From the NCBI GenBank assembly GCA_002269645.1, contig NIVC01000064.1:558001-622000 (forward strand): 64,000 nucleotides of DNA. Direction: 5' to 3'. The number at the start of each line of letters is the position of its first letter. Within the stretch, counting starts at the first letter, position 1. The translations under genes were made by a program, and so were the position numbers. Below the pieces are notes generated by a model. It was not told where the DNA came from, did not search any database, and saw nothing but the letters and a program-made list of their open reading frames with translations. The stretch comes from Macrostomum lignano. Its lineage: Eukaryota. Below are positions 38,487 to 49,910 of the stretch, in pieces.

Positions 38487-40399
38487 ATGTTATCCGCCTT
38501 CATGCTTGCGCACCAACTGTTCCCCATGCAGGACACTCGCTGAGCGGCACCAGTGCCACAGCTCAGGACACCTGCTGCAACTGAGGGACGGTGAGACGGA
38601 AACCCTGGACACACGCAACAGGGACCAGAGCGAGCTGACTGCATCGCAGACCTGCCTATGGGAAGTGAAACCGCCGGCCAACCTGATCGAGCCGGGCAAT
38701 TTCATCTTGAAAATCGCTCGGAAAAGAGGCGGGTCTGAGGCGGCGATGCCCGATGGCAATCCACCGAGCTGCGATTGGAGCCTCACGGTGGAACTGACAG
38801 GCAAGTTAGATTCAAGATCATGGCGGAGGTCAAAAGTGAGTATTATGAGTAATTAACAGCTCAGTTATGGATTGCACTTTGCAGGATCCAGCTTCAGCAA
38901 GGCGTGGCACAACCGGGACCTGCCGCCGAAGGCACCCCTGGTAGTCCCTGTGACCAACAGGTATGATTCTGATTTTGCATTTAAAAGCAGCTGGTGGCTT
39001 TTTGACTAGTTTATGCAACATTGCGCTGACAGTGTTGGTCCGATGTGTTTCTGTCCTGCAGCTCGCAGCTGCTGACGGTCCGGTTCTCGACGGGCGACTT
39101 CGAGCTGAGCGCGAGCTGCGGTCGCATCGAGCTGACCATCGCGGTGGCCAAGAAGGGCTTCTGCGGCAGGCACATGCTGCTGCATCGGGGCCGCTGCCTC
39201 TTCATCTCCGACTTGGAGCTGCGGCTGTCGGATCTGAGCGGAACTGGAGTTGAGCTGGCTGCGATCTCCGGGACGGAGCAGCTGCATGAGCTGATGAGGG
39301 ACAGTGAGTGCTGAGCTGCTGCTCATGCTGGTCATTGCTCATGGGTACAGTGCTGAGCTGCTGCTTATGCTGGTATTGCTCAAGTGTACAGTTTATAACC
39401 GCCGTTATTTCAGATGATGACAGAACAAACGCGCACCCATTCATCAGACCCTTAAACCTGACCAGACCTGTGAGAGTGGCGGTGTTTCGTTGCAACAAAA
39501 TCATTCAATGGACGCAGGTTGCACAGACAGTGAGCTCCAGTTTGTGCGTGATCAGGAATTTCAGCACGACTGGGGCTGCTCAGGAGTCCTTTACTCAACG
39601 GTTCGTTGCTTTTCGTTCCATAGACGTACAGGGCTATGATTTTAAGTTCACGCTAAAGACTGTATCTTGAGTCCTTGGCTACCTGAGCAATTCCCATTGA
39701 GTCCTTGATTACCTGAGCGATTCCCATTGAGTCCTTGGCTACCTGAGCGATTCCCATTGAGTCCTTGGCTACCTGAGCGATTCCCATTGAGTCCTTGGCT
39801 ACCTGAGCGATTCCCATTGAGTCCTTGGCTACCTGAGCGATTCCCATTGAGTCCTTGGCTACCTGAGCGATTCCCATTGAGTCCTTGGCTACCTGAGTGA
39901 TTCCTTGGCTGTTCTTGGCAGTCCTTGGCTGTTTAAGAAAATGTAAACACCATATTACCTAATTAATCATTCCAGGAACCAGTCCATCTCATCACAGGTA
40001 GACTGCGCATCAATCAGTGCTGAACCTGACGATTCGGAGAAACTAAAATTGTCATTCATTGACTGCGACCAGCCGCAGCATCTGTTGCTGAGCTTCCTAA
40101 TTGAGCCAATTAATCAAGATTTGCAACACAACTCCAACTGCTTGGAATCCACAATAACCAGCTGTAAAGATTTGAGCATGCATGTGATTTTTAAAGAATC
40201 AACTGATAAAGAAACGGACAGTTCAGATAAAACTGATCTGATAGCTTTATTTGTGTCTGTGACAGTCTCATTGCTAGTGTCGGCCGTGATTCTGGTAGTT
40301 GCTGTTAAATTTTTTATTTTAAAGCGACAAGGACGTCGTCGCAGATCTAGAAGGTCCAAACCCTTTGATTCATTGTCTGGAATCCCTTTAAGATCTTAG
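38487..40399 (+). CDS. Receptor copy 5, divergent; 1-nt frameshift near the start; GC-AG first intron
   Basis: Exon A ~38487-38800 (ETLDTRN..CLWEV..CDWSLTVELTG) with donor AG|GCAAGT; exons 38885-38960, 39062-39303, 39414-39600, 39976-40399; TM LIALFVSVTVSLLVSAVILVVAVKFFIL; possible extra tail exons to 40622. Confidence 0.65.
39665..39930. repeat. 30-bp minisatellite (~8 units) in intron of copy 5
   Basis: GAGTCCTTGGCTACCTGAGCGATTCCCATT; resembles the Helitron-borne 29-bp unit. Confidence 0.9.
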
Positions 40400-41391
40400 T
40401 TGTTGATTTTAAATCACACTATGTTTGTTCTGGAAAGAGACGATCGGTGCCATATGAAAAAGTATGGTGAGTACCTGACTTACCTGAGTTACCTGACTGC
40501 TAAAACTGACGTCATCACAATTTATTTGTGATGACGTCAGTTGTGATGACGTCATACAATTTTGTTTTGCGTATTTTTTTAGAACGGCTGTTCACTCCGT
40601 CAGCCCTTTGTCTGAAGTGTAACTTTTGTACGCTTTGTGTTTTTTGCGTGCTAACAAGTCATTGCTACAAGCATTATTAATGAACGCTACCCGCCAGATC
40701 TAGAACTGCGCCCAACCTAAGTACCGTGTTTTCCCACAAGATCATAACCTCCGAAACCACCCCAACCTGATTCGATTGTTTGTCTGCTATCAGTTTTATG
40801 TGATTATTATACTACTAACATCCATGTTTGAGAGAAAATACAAATAATTGAATAATCGGCCAGTTCGTCATCGATCACAATCAAGCTTCTACGGGTTCGT
40901 CACTAATTTGCGTACATGTAGCAGCCCGTTAGCACGCGAACTCAATTACGTCAGATCAAATATTCGTCACAAAGTGGAATGTGTGTTACAGCAGAAGACG
41001 CTACGGAGGTGCACCCTTGGTAGTCCCTGTGACCAACAGGTATTATTCTGATTTTGCATTTAAAAGCAGCTGGTGGCCTCTTGACTAGTTTATGTAACAT
41101 TGCCTGACTGACTGTGTTGGTCCGATGTGTTTCTGTCCTGCAGCTCGCAGCTGCTGACGGTCCGGTTCTCGACGGGCGACTTCGAGCCGAGCGCGAGCTG
41201 CGGTCGCATCGAGCTGACCATCGCGGTGGCCAAGAAGGGCTTCTGCGGCAGATACATGCTGCTGCATCGGGGCCGCTGCCTCTTCATCTCCGACTCGGAG
41301 CTGCGGCTGTCGGATCTGAGCGGGACTGGAGTTGAGCTGGCTGCGATCTCCGGGACGGAGCAGCTGGATGAGCTGATGAGGGACAGTGAGT

Positions 41392-41685
41392 GCTGAGCTG
41401 CTGTTCATGCTGGTCATTGCTCATGGGTACAGTGCTGAGCTGCTGATCATGCTGGTCATTGCTCATGGGTACAGTGCTGAGCTGCTGCTCATGCTGGTCA
41501 TTGCTCATGGGTACAGTGCTGAGCTGCTGCTCATGCTGGTCATTGCTCATGAGTACAGTGCTGAGCTGTTGCTCATGCTGGTCATTGCTCATGGGTACAG
41601 TGCTGAGCTGCTGTTCAAGCTGGTCATTGCTCATGGGTACAGTGCTGAGCTGCTGCTCATGCTGGTCATTGCTCATGGGTACAGT
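41392..41685 (+). repeat. Exon-B VNTR (copy 6), 7 x 42 bp
   Basis: Direct count. Confidence 0.95.
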
Positions 41686-41762
41686 GCTGAAAAAATATGT
41701 AACAGAGAGAGTGAGTAAAAACACAAATCGCAAAGCACACGGTAACCCAAAAGTTCTCATGC

Positions 41763-41914
41763 TGTTTTGTGCTCATACAGATATTTTGTGCTCATACTGA
41801 TGTTTTGTGCTCATACTGATGTTTTGTGCTCATACTGATGTTTTGTGCTCATACTGATGTTTTGTGCTCATACTGATGTTTTGTGCTCATACTGATGTTT
41901 TGTGTTCATACTGA
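41763..41914 (+). repeat. 8 x 19-bp repeat abutting the exon C acceptor
   Basis: TGTTTTGTGCTCATACTGA. Confidence 0.9.
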
Positions 41915-43589
41915 CGCATTGCAGATGCGCTTGAAGATGCGATGCCACTGGATTCGAGCAGATGCCTGAGATTCGGAGTTTTTCGCTGCTCTGATTCGGT
42001 TCAGCCTTATGTTTGGGACTCAAACTGCGAACGAATTTCTGCAGCGCAGTTAAATTTACGATTTGAAAACCCGAGTCAGGAATCCAGGTAAGGCTCGGAA
42101 ATCTCGAGGTTACATTTACACACGATAAATTTACGTGTATGCCTTCGACAGTATACTGCTTTCATCTATGTTGCCAATTTGCTCAACCTTCAGATCTGAG
42201 CCGTCAAGCGTCCAGTGCGGCTCTCTGAAGATTGGTAGCAGCAAAACCCTGGAGCTCGCGTTTTCGGATTGTAGCACCCCTATGAGATCCCTGCTGAGCT
42301 TTGCCAACCCGGCACCTGTCAGTATGGGCTCAAAGGAATTGAACCAGTGCATTTTAACATTGACCAAGTTCTGCCGAAATGCATCAACAATAAGTGCTTC
42401 AAATTCTAAAGAGTCAGCCAGCAACAGTCTTCTTTTTGAAGTACCCATGTCGATAATTACAATTCTGATTATTTTGTCATTCTTTTTTGTTGTATTTTGT
42501 ACTCGTCGGAGGCGTTTAACTCGGAGCCAATTCAACAATATTTTAAATTACGTTTGGTGCGGAAGATGCAGACAGTTGAATCCACGCGCATCTATTAATT
42601 CCGTCGCTGCCATATTTGACAGGAGCAGGCGGAAGTGAAAGCAATTTCTTAATCTGTTTTGTTTACTATCAATAATATTTATCATTTCTTTTTAGTTTCA
42701 TCCTGTCTGGCCTAAAATCGCTTACCTAAATACTTAAAAAACGGCTAAGCGTTCCAGTCATTTGCCATATATTTTATTTATTCCGCGCGCCGGTTTCTGT
42801 ATTAGTTTTAGTGTTTAGTTTAGTTCTGTATTTTCCAATGCCGCCCAATTCTGTCCTGTCACTCCACAGTCACCGAGTGGCCTCTATTATTTTATTATCA
42901 TTATTATTTTTTACAAGGGTTGTTCGGGCAAACAGAGAGTAGTCAAGCTTATGTTTTGGGTACCAATATGAAGCCTCAGGGCATGCAGTTGCATTCTAGG
43001 TTGCGTCAGGTTTTTGATAAATTTTGCTAGAATATTTCTATTGTGTCTCTTTCTTCTTCTCATTCGGTAAAATACTTTTACTTATTTTTTTGCAGTAAGG
43101 TTTTAATAAGTCGAAACTTTATTAGAGAGAATCTGTTAAAATTTATCACGGAGAGCTCTATAAAAGTTCCAGATGTACTTAAACAAAAATGATGATTATT
43201 ATTATTAAAATATCAAAACAGAGATTTATTCAGTACCGGGCCTCCAATAGAAAATCGCCCAGACTCCATCATCTCGAGGCTATAGTCGCGGACCCAGTTT
43301 ACAGTGAGGCTAAAATGAATGGCGAAAACACTAAGCTTGTAGTTTTGAACTAGAATTTATGAGAACACTGGTGACAAAGAGCTGAAGATATCTGCAAAGT
43401 TGGTCATTTTTACCACAGCTTCAAATGGTGCTACTCAGCCATACCTGTCTCAGTTTAAATTAGCAAACCATAAACTGGGCTGCAAAACAATGAGGACTGT
43501 GAGACCAAAGATTCCTTACGAGAACAGGACCGTGCCCAAAGTGCCATGTGATGGTAGAAAATGAGGTTTAATTATTGAATATTATTATT

Positions 43590-43738
43590 GACTACACCTG
43601 CCATAACGGGCAGATGTCAAACCGACAGCTCAGCCGCAGCTATTGCGCGGCGCATCTGAAGGCTGCGTACGGCTGTTCAGTCCAAGGACTGGGGGGGGGG
43701 GTCACCACACACATATCCTTAATTACCCCAGCACTGCT
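43590..43738 (-). mobile_element. 3' half of the CORE-type SINE
   Basis: Reverse complement matches ~30540-30690. Confidence 0.8.
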
Positions 43739-44519
43739 TGGTGAAGAGGGAGCGGGTTGGGCGTAGGAAGCGAGTCATCCGATGAGTCATCTGGATGAGG
43801 GACCTGGATATCCAGGGTCGGGATCTGAGTACATCCGCGCACTAGGGGTAAATGACATGTTAAAAAATTAGAGGGTCTTCGATTCGCTGTCACGTCTGGA
43901 CTTTTGACAGCCCACAATACGGCATAAAGTGCTTCAATAGCATCCTATATATTTGAAGTATTGCATTAAAACATTAAAATTGCATTGTACTGGCGTATTA
44001 GCGAAAAAATCAAAACGAATACTTAAACGAAGATATGTCGCCACTATAGAGACAATACTGAGAATGGACTACTTTCCATATATGGTAGTGCTCAACTGCT
44101 CATATTTCATTGACTGTTGGTGGTGTAAGATAAAGTGAGGCATTTACATAGACCAGTTTGTGTGTACCTATTATTAATAAAACTTTACTCCGCGTCAGAA
44201 CCACAAAATCTCAGCAGTAAATATTGAAATACAACGACGTTAGCGAACGCAGTTGCAAATGCTCACTACTACTATTAGTATTACCAAAGAAATGGTATAA
44301 ACAAGTAAAATGGGTGACATATTGCATAACGTTTTAACAATTATTGCACCAGAAAAACCAACCCACGCTTGTTTATAAAAGTACAAAGCCGAAATAACCT
44401 TTCTCGAGAGTACAAACAATATTATTGATATGAGTTGTGGATCACAATACACACTATATATGTACATTCGCATTTAAAAATTATTTAATGATATCTATAA
44501 GTTATAATAATATGATAAA

Positions 44520-44895
44520 AGTGCATTAAAAACGAATAAAGTACACGGTTCTTTCCTAAAAAGGTTAAAAGTACACACCGCGTTCATAAATACGAAAGTA
44601 CAAACCACTCAAATATTAAAGTACACTCTGTTCCTAACTACAAAAGTACAACCCACTATTGAATAGTAAAGTACACTCCGCTCATAACTACAAAAGTACA
44701 ACCCGCTATAGGACTTTAAAGTACACTCCGCTCCTAACTATAAAAGTACAACCCGCTCTTAAATATTAAAGTACACTTCGCTATAAAATGTTTGAGGTAC
44801 GTAGCGTTATAAGAATAAAAGTACAATCCACAGAAATGACAAAAGTGCAATCGAATTAAAGTACACCTTGCTCGAGGCAATAAAAGTACATAAAA
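44520..44895. repeat. Degenerate ~30-bp AAAGTACA-motif array (probable MITE subterminal repeats)
   Basis: About 12 spaced AAAGTACA motifs. Confidence 0.55.
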
Positions 44896-44969
44896 AAGTG
44901 CAAGCATTAAAACTATCTGAGACGAGAATTTATCGAGCTCAACGCTATCAACAGCCAGCCAGTCAGCAT

Positions 44970-47903
44970 TTATCCAACAACAAACTGCTTATAATCTTTA
45001 ATCCGCTTTAACTGACACCGGATCCCCTTCACCAAATCCGTGGGCTGCAATACCAGACTGATCTCCTGGCCGTGAGCATTCAATCGCAGTGCCACCTCTT
45101 TCGGCTCCGGCCAGAGACTCAGCGGCCGGCCATTGACCTCGGTAATAGTCCAGGTGCAAAAATTGGCGTCGTCAACAGCGCCAGTGGTTCGATAAGCCAA
45201 GCCGTGAGCAGCGGCCAGGCCGTCCTGCTGCACGTGACAGATCTCGGCCTTGTGGCCGACAGTCTGCAGGCCCAGCGACTGGCCGTCCAAGCGTTGGACG
45301 CTGAAGGCTTTGCCGTACGGCAGGCGGCGCAGGCGGAGGGCGACGCGGTCGAAGGCGCCGTGCAGAATCCGGCGGAGCTGATCCAGCGACTCGATTGGGA
45401 AGCCATCGACTGAGATCACCTGTGGCGGGGAGGGGCGGAGGTGGGCTAAGGTTTCAGGGAGGGTTTTGAGGGTTCAGTGACGGGTTTAGTGAGGGTTCAG
45501 TGACGGGTTTAGTGAGGGTTCAGGGACGGATTTAATGAGGCTTCAGGGACGGATTTAATGAGGCTTCAGGGACGGATTTAATGAGGCTTCAGGGACGGAT
45601 TTAATGAGGGTTCAGGGACGGTTTCAATGAGGTTCAGGGACGGATTTAAAGAGGGTATTTAATAACGATATATTAGCTTCGGCAAGAAGCGAACCTCATC
45701 TCCCACATGCAGACAGGAGTGCAGCCTGGTGGCCTGCCTGGTCCAGCCGGCAATCCAGAAGCGGTCGCTGGCGCACTGCACAATGGCCACATTGTCCAGC
45801 AGGTCGGCACTCTTGCACATAACTGCAACCCCGCCAGGGTAAAGAATCTGGCGCTTCAATCGTTCAACAGCCGAGCTCAGCGGCGTCAGGCGGGGCCCGC
45901 CGGGCAGCGGGTTCACGTAGAACCGGCCATTGTCGGTCTCTTCAACCGCCACGTCGGTTTTCGGCTCGAAGAATCCGGCCAGAGGAATCGGCCGGAGCTC
46001 CCGACGGAACGTGGGCGGATCCGGGTTGGGCCGGTGCACCCCGGCGACCGAGCGGAACCGCTTGGTGCGCAGCGCGCCCAGGCCGTCCCAGTCTTCCAGT
46101 TCGCGGTACTTCTTCTCTAACAGGGCGTAGGCTGCGGGATCCAGACTGGCCAGCTCGCTGGGGCCCGCCAAGTTGGCGGCGGCGGCGGCCGGAGCGGCTT
46201 CGTTCAGCTCCTGGCGCAGCTGGGCCACCGCGGACCGGCCCTGAGCAGCTTCGATGCGCTGCTCAACTCGGCGCAGCTCGATCAGAATCTCGTTGGTTGC
46301 GCTGGAGGCGGCAGCAGCGTTGTTGCTGCCGTTGCCATTAGCAACGGAACAGCAGGCGGCCGCGTCCTCCTCGGTCTCGTCGTCGGTGGTTTCGTACACC
46401 TCTGCGGCGGCGCTGTCATCAAAGGTGCCGTAGATGTTGTCGGGCTTCTGCCGGCCGGAGTATTGCGCCAGGTTGCGGTTCAGGACGTCCGACCAGTCGG
46501 CTGGGGGCGTGAATGAGATGAATGATAGGGTAGGGAGTTGGGCGTAAATGAGGTGGGTGATAGGGTAGGGAGTTGGGCGTGAATGAGGTGAATGCTAGGG
46601 TAGGGAGTTGGGCGTGAATGAGGTGAATGATAGGGTAGGGAGTTGGGCGTGAATGAGGTGGGTGATAGGGTAGGGAGTTGGGCGTGAATGAGGTGGGTGA
46701 TAGGGTAGGGAGTTGGGCGTGAATGAGGTGGGTGATAGGGTAGGGAGTTGGGCGTGAATGAGGTGGGTGATAGGGTAGGGAGTTGGGCGTGAATGAGGTG
46801 GGTGATAGGGTAGGGAGTTGGGCGTGAATGAGGTGGGTGATAGGGTAGGGAGTTGGGCGTGAATGAGGTGGGTGATAGGGTAGGGAGTTGGGCGTGAATG
46901 AGGTGGGTGATAGGGTAGGGATTTGGGCGTGAATGAGATGAATGATAGGGTAGGGAGTTGGGCGTGAATGAGATGAATGATAGGGTAGGGATTTCGGCGT
47001 GAATGAGATGAATGATAGGGTAGGGATTTGGGCGTGAATGAGGGTGGGTGACAGGGTTGGTAAGTTGGGCGTGAATGAAGGTAGGTGATAGGGTATGGAG
47101 TTGGGCGTGAATGAGATGGGTGATCGGGTATGGAGTTGGGCGTGAATGAGGTGGGTGATCGGGTAGGGAGTTGAGCGTGAATGAGGTGGGTGATAGGGTA
47201 GGGAGTTGGGCGTGAATGAGGTGGGTGATAGGGTAGGGAGTTGGGCGTGGATGAGGTGGGTGATAGGGTATGGAGTTGGGCGTGAACGAGGTGGGTGATC
47301 GGGTATGGAGTTGGGCGTGAATGAGGTGGGTGATAGGGTACAGTTGGGCGTGAATGAGGTGGGTGATAGGGTATGGAGTTGGGCGTGAATGAGGTGGGTG
47401 ATCGGGTATGGAGTTGGGCGTGAATGAGGTGGGTGATAGGGTACAGTTGGGCGTGAATGAGGTGGGTGATAAATTTGGGATTGGTCGTGAATGAAGCTAG
47501 AATGAAACGGTGCAGTGAGAAGTGAACAAAAGTGAGCACAAGCAGCCAGAAGCTCACCAGCATCAGTCTCAGAGTCGGCAGTGAGTGTGAGCACCCGATC
47601 AGCCAGGGTGAGCATGAAGCTGGTCACATCGCTAGGAGATCGAATCACCTGGCGGCAGCCGCGCAAATCAAACGAATTGATTGGCGCCTCAGTCCTGGCC
47701 GAGTTCGAGTCCTCGTAGTATTCGAGCGAGGGCAGGCCGCCGAATATGAGGAACACGAACCAGCGCCTGGTGGGTCTGTGCAGCAGTGAGATGGACTTCA
47801 AGCCGGAACCACCGCCTCCGCTGCTAGCGCCGTTTGCGCCGCCGTTGTAAGCCGAGGTCTGCTTCTTCAGGTAGCCAGCCTTGATGGTGATTTGCTGGTT
47901 CAT
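44970..47903 (-). CDS. PH-domain + tandem PDZ-like adaptor protein, ~533 aa
   Basis: Exons 47903-47558, 46500-45695, 45419-44970 splice in frame (phase 1, 0). PH motifs KAGYLKKQ..RRWFVF..LEYYED..INSFDLRGC..LTADSE..W; Tyr motifs NIYG, EVYE; PDZ-like LHVGDEVISVDG and EICHVQQDGLAA..ITEVNG. Confidence 0.85.
45465..45655. repeat. ~23-bp intronic minisatellite
   Basis: GGCTTCAGGGACGGATTTAATGA-type units. Confidence 0.85.
46505..47470. repeat. 35-bp G-rich intronic minisatellite (~27 units)
   Basis: GGGCGTGAATGAGGTGGGTGATAGGGTAGGGAGTT. Confidence 0.95.
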
Positions 47904-48074
47904 TGCTGCTCTTTGCTTGCAGAAGAGCACTTCCCTCTGGAGGGTGGACCAACTGCTGCAGTTGCTAGGGTTGGAATGTATGGGCTACGGATTCCAGCTG
48001 TCAATTATATTCTGAAACCAATTGATTGGTGTTGGAAAAAGGTAAAATTTAAATTATAAAGGGTGTTCAAACAT

Positions 48075-48490
48075 AGCTTGAATGGGTATTCAGATACAGC
48101 TTGAATGGGTATTCAGATACAGCTTGAATGGGTATTCAGATACAGCTTGAATGGGTATTCAGATACAGCTTGAATGAGTAATCAGATACAGCTTGAATGG
48201 TTATTCAGATACAGCTTGAATGAGTAATCAGATACAGCTTGAAGGGGTATTCAGATACAGCTTGAATGGGTATTCAGATACAGCTTGAATGGGTATTCAG
48301 ATACAGCTTGAAGGGGTATTCAGATACAGCCTGAAGGGGTATCCAGATACAGCTTGAATGGGTATTCAGATACAGCTTGAATGGGTATTCAGATACAGCT
48401 TGAAGGGGTATTCAGATACAGCCTGAAGGGGTATTCAGATACAGCTTGAATGGGTATTCAGACACAGCTTGAATGAGTAATCAGATAAAA
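48075..48490. repeat. 23-bp minisatellite (~17 units)
   Basis: AGCTTGAATGGGTATTCAGATAC. Confidence 0.95.
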
Positions 48491-49249
48491 TTCAAATGGG
48501 TCAATAATTCTAAGAAACGCAAAATTCTAAGAAAAGTCTTGAAAAAATCACGCTAAACGAATTACCATATAAACAAGAAAGCATAATTACTAACGTAATA
48601 GTACCTTTTTATGATGCGAAGTCAGAAGATTTTAACGGCGAATTCAGAAAGGCGAAATCTTTTAAAAGTCTTGTCTGTTTTGATATTGGCCTACTACGAG
48701 CCGTAATACCGTTTAATTAATAGCTGGATATATATATAAGCTTGAAGCAGAGAAAGCCAAAAGCCAACAGGAAATCTCTTGTCCCCTGTATTCTATTGCA
48801 ATCTATTAAAGCTGGCTAAAACTAAAACTAAAACTAAAAGATAGAAGGAAGGCGCACAAGCGAAGCACTTATCAAGATAACGCAGGGCCTGCAGTGCTGC
48901 ATTAGTCAGTTCAGCTGAAGTCAGATGCACAGGCGGGTTAGCGACAAGAGAGTGAGTGAGAGACAGAGTGGTTCAAAATCTTTCCTACAGTGCAGATTCG
49001 GTGCTTATGCCATGCTATACTAGGTCATGTATATAATTTATGCATCAGCCAATGCTGATGCAAGGGTGGGGTCTGCACACCAGAATAAATATTACGTAGC
49101 AACAACCTCGCAAAATAGAGAATTTCACACACAGACTTTAAGGTAAGTGGGTAGATGCAAGCGAGGAAAGGGTTACAGATACGGGAGCGAGGCAGGGGTA
49201 CGGGTGGGTTGGGGTGATTGGAGAGAAATAGAGATCGAAAATCAGAGAC

Positions 49250-49910
49250 AGACAGACAGAAATAGAAGAGTTAGAGAAAGGTAGAGTGGGAGAGGGAGGG
49301 GAGGGGAGGAGGGAGAGAGGAGTGGGGAGGGAGAGAGAGAGAGAGGGGAGTGGGAGGGAGAGGGGGAGTGGGGAGGGAAAGAGAGGGGAGTGGTAGAAGG
49401 AGAGAGGGGAGTGGGAAGGAGAGAGAGGGGAGTTGAAGGGAGAGAGGGGAGTTGGAGGGTGAGAGGGGAGTGGGGAGCGAGAGAGAGGGGAGTGGGGAGC
49501 GAGAGAGAGGGGAGTGGGAGAGTGAGAAAGGGTGAGAGAGAGGGGAGTGGGAGAGTGAGAAAGGGTGAGAGAGAGGGGAGTAGGAGAGGGAAGTAGGGGG
49601 AGAGAGGGGAGTGGAAGAGAGAGGGGAGTGGGAGGGAGAGAAGGGGGAGTGGGAGGGTGAGAGAGGGGAGTTGGAGGGAGAGAGGGAGTGGGAGGGTAAG
49701 AGATGCGAGTGGGAGAGAGAGGGGAGTTGGAGGGAGAGAGGGAGTGGGAGGGTAAGAGATGCGAGTGGGAGAGAGAGGGGAGTTGGAGGGAGAGAGGGAG
49801 TGGGAGGGTAAGAGATGCGAGTGGGAGAGAGAGGGGAGTTGGAGGGAGAGAGGGAGTGGGAGGGTAAGAGATGCGAGTGGGAGAGAGAGAGGGGAGTTGG
49901 AGAGAGATAT
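49250..49910. repeat. GA-rich polypurine tract with internal duplications
   Basis: Direct inspection. Confidence 0.9.

Larger units (their letters stand above)
41011..42638 (+). pseudogene. Receptor copy 6, 5'-truncated (starts mid exon A2); exons B-D open
   Basis: 3' part of A2 41011-41039; exons 41144-41385, 41925-42087 (LRFGV..YVWDSNC), 42194-42638; TM IITILIILSFFFVVFC followed by RRRR; no exon A upstream. Confidence 0.7.

Noticed and set aside
200-41760. Alternative frames over exon B (LAAADGPVLDGR.., MQQHVPAAEALL.., MSNDQHEQQLSTV..)
   Set aside because: Open only because of GC-rich homogenised sequence and the VNTR; splice phases support only the SQLLTVRF frame.
46419-47930. 503-aa His/Pro-rich ORF (and the 322-aa overlapping ORF)
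   Set aside because: Read-through of the PH exon into a stop-free 35-bp intronic minisatellite; a GT-AG intron (47557-46501) restores the PH domain's conserved Trp.
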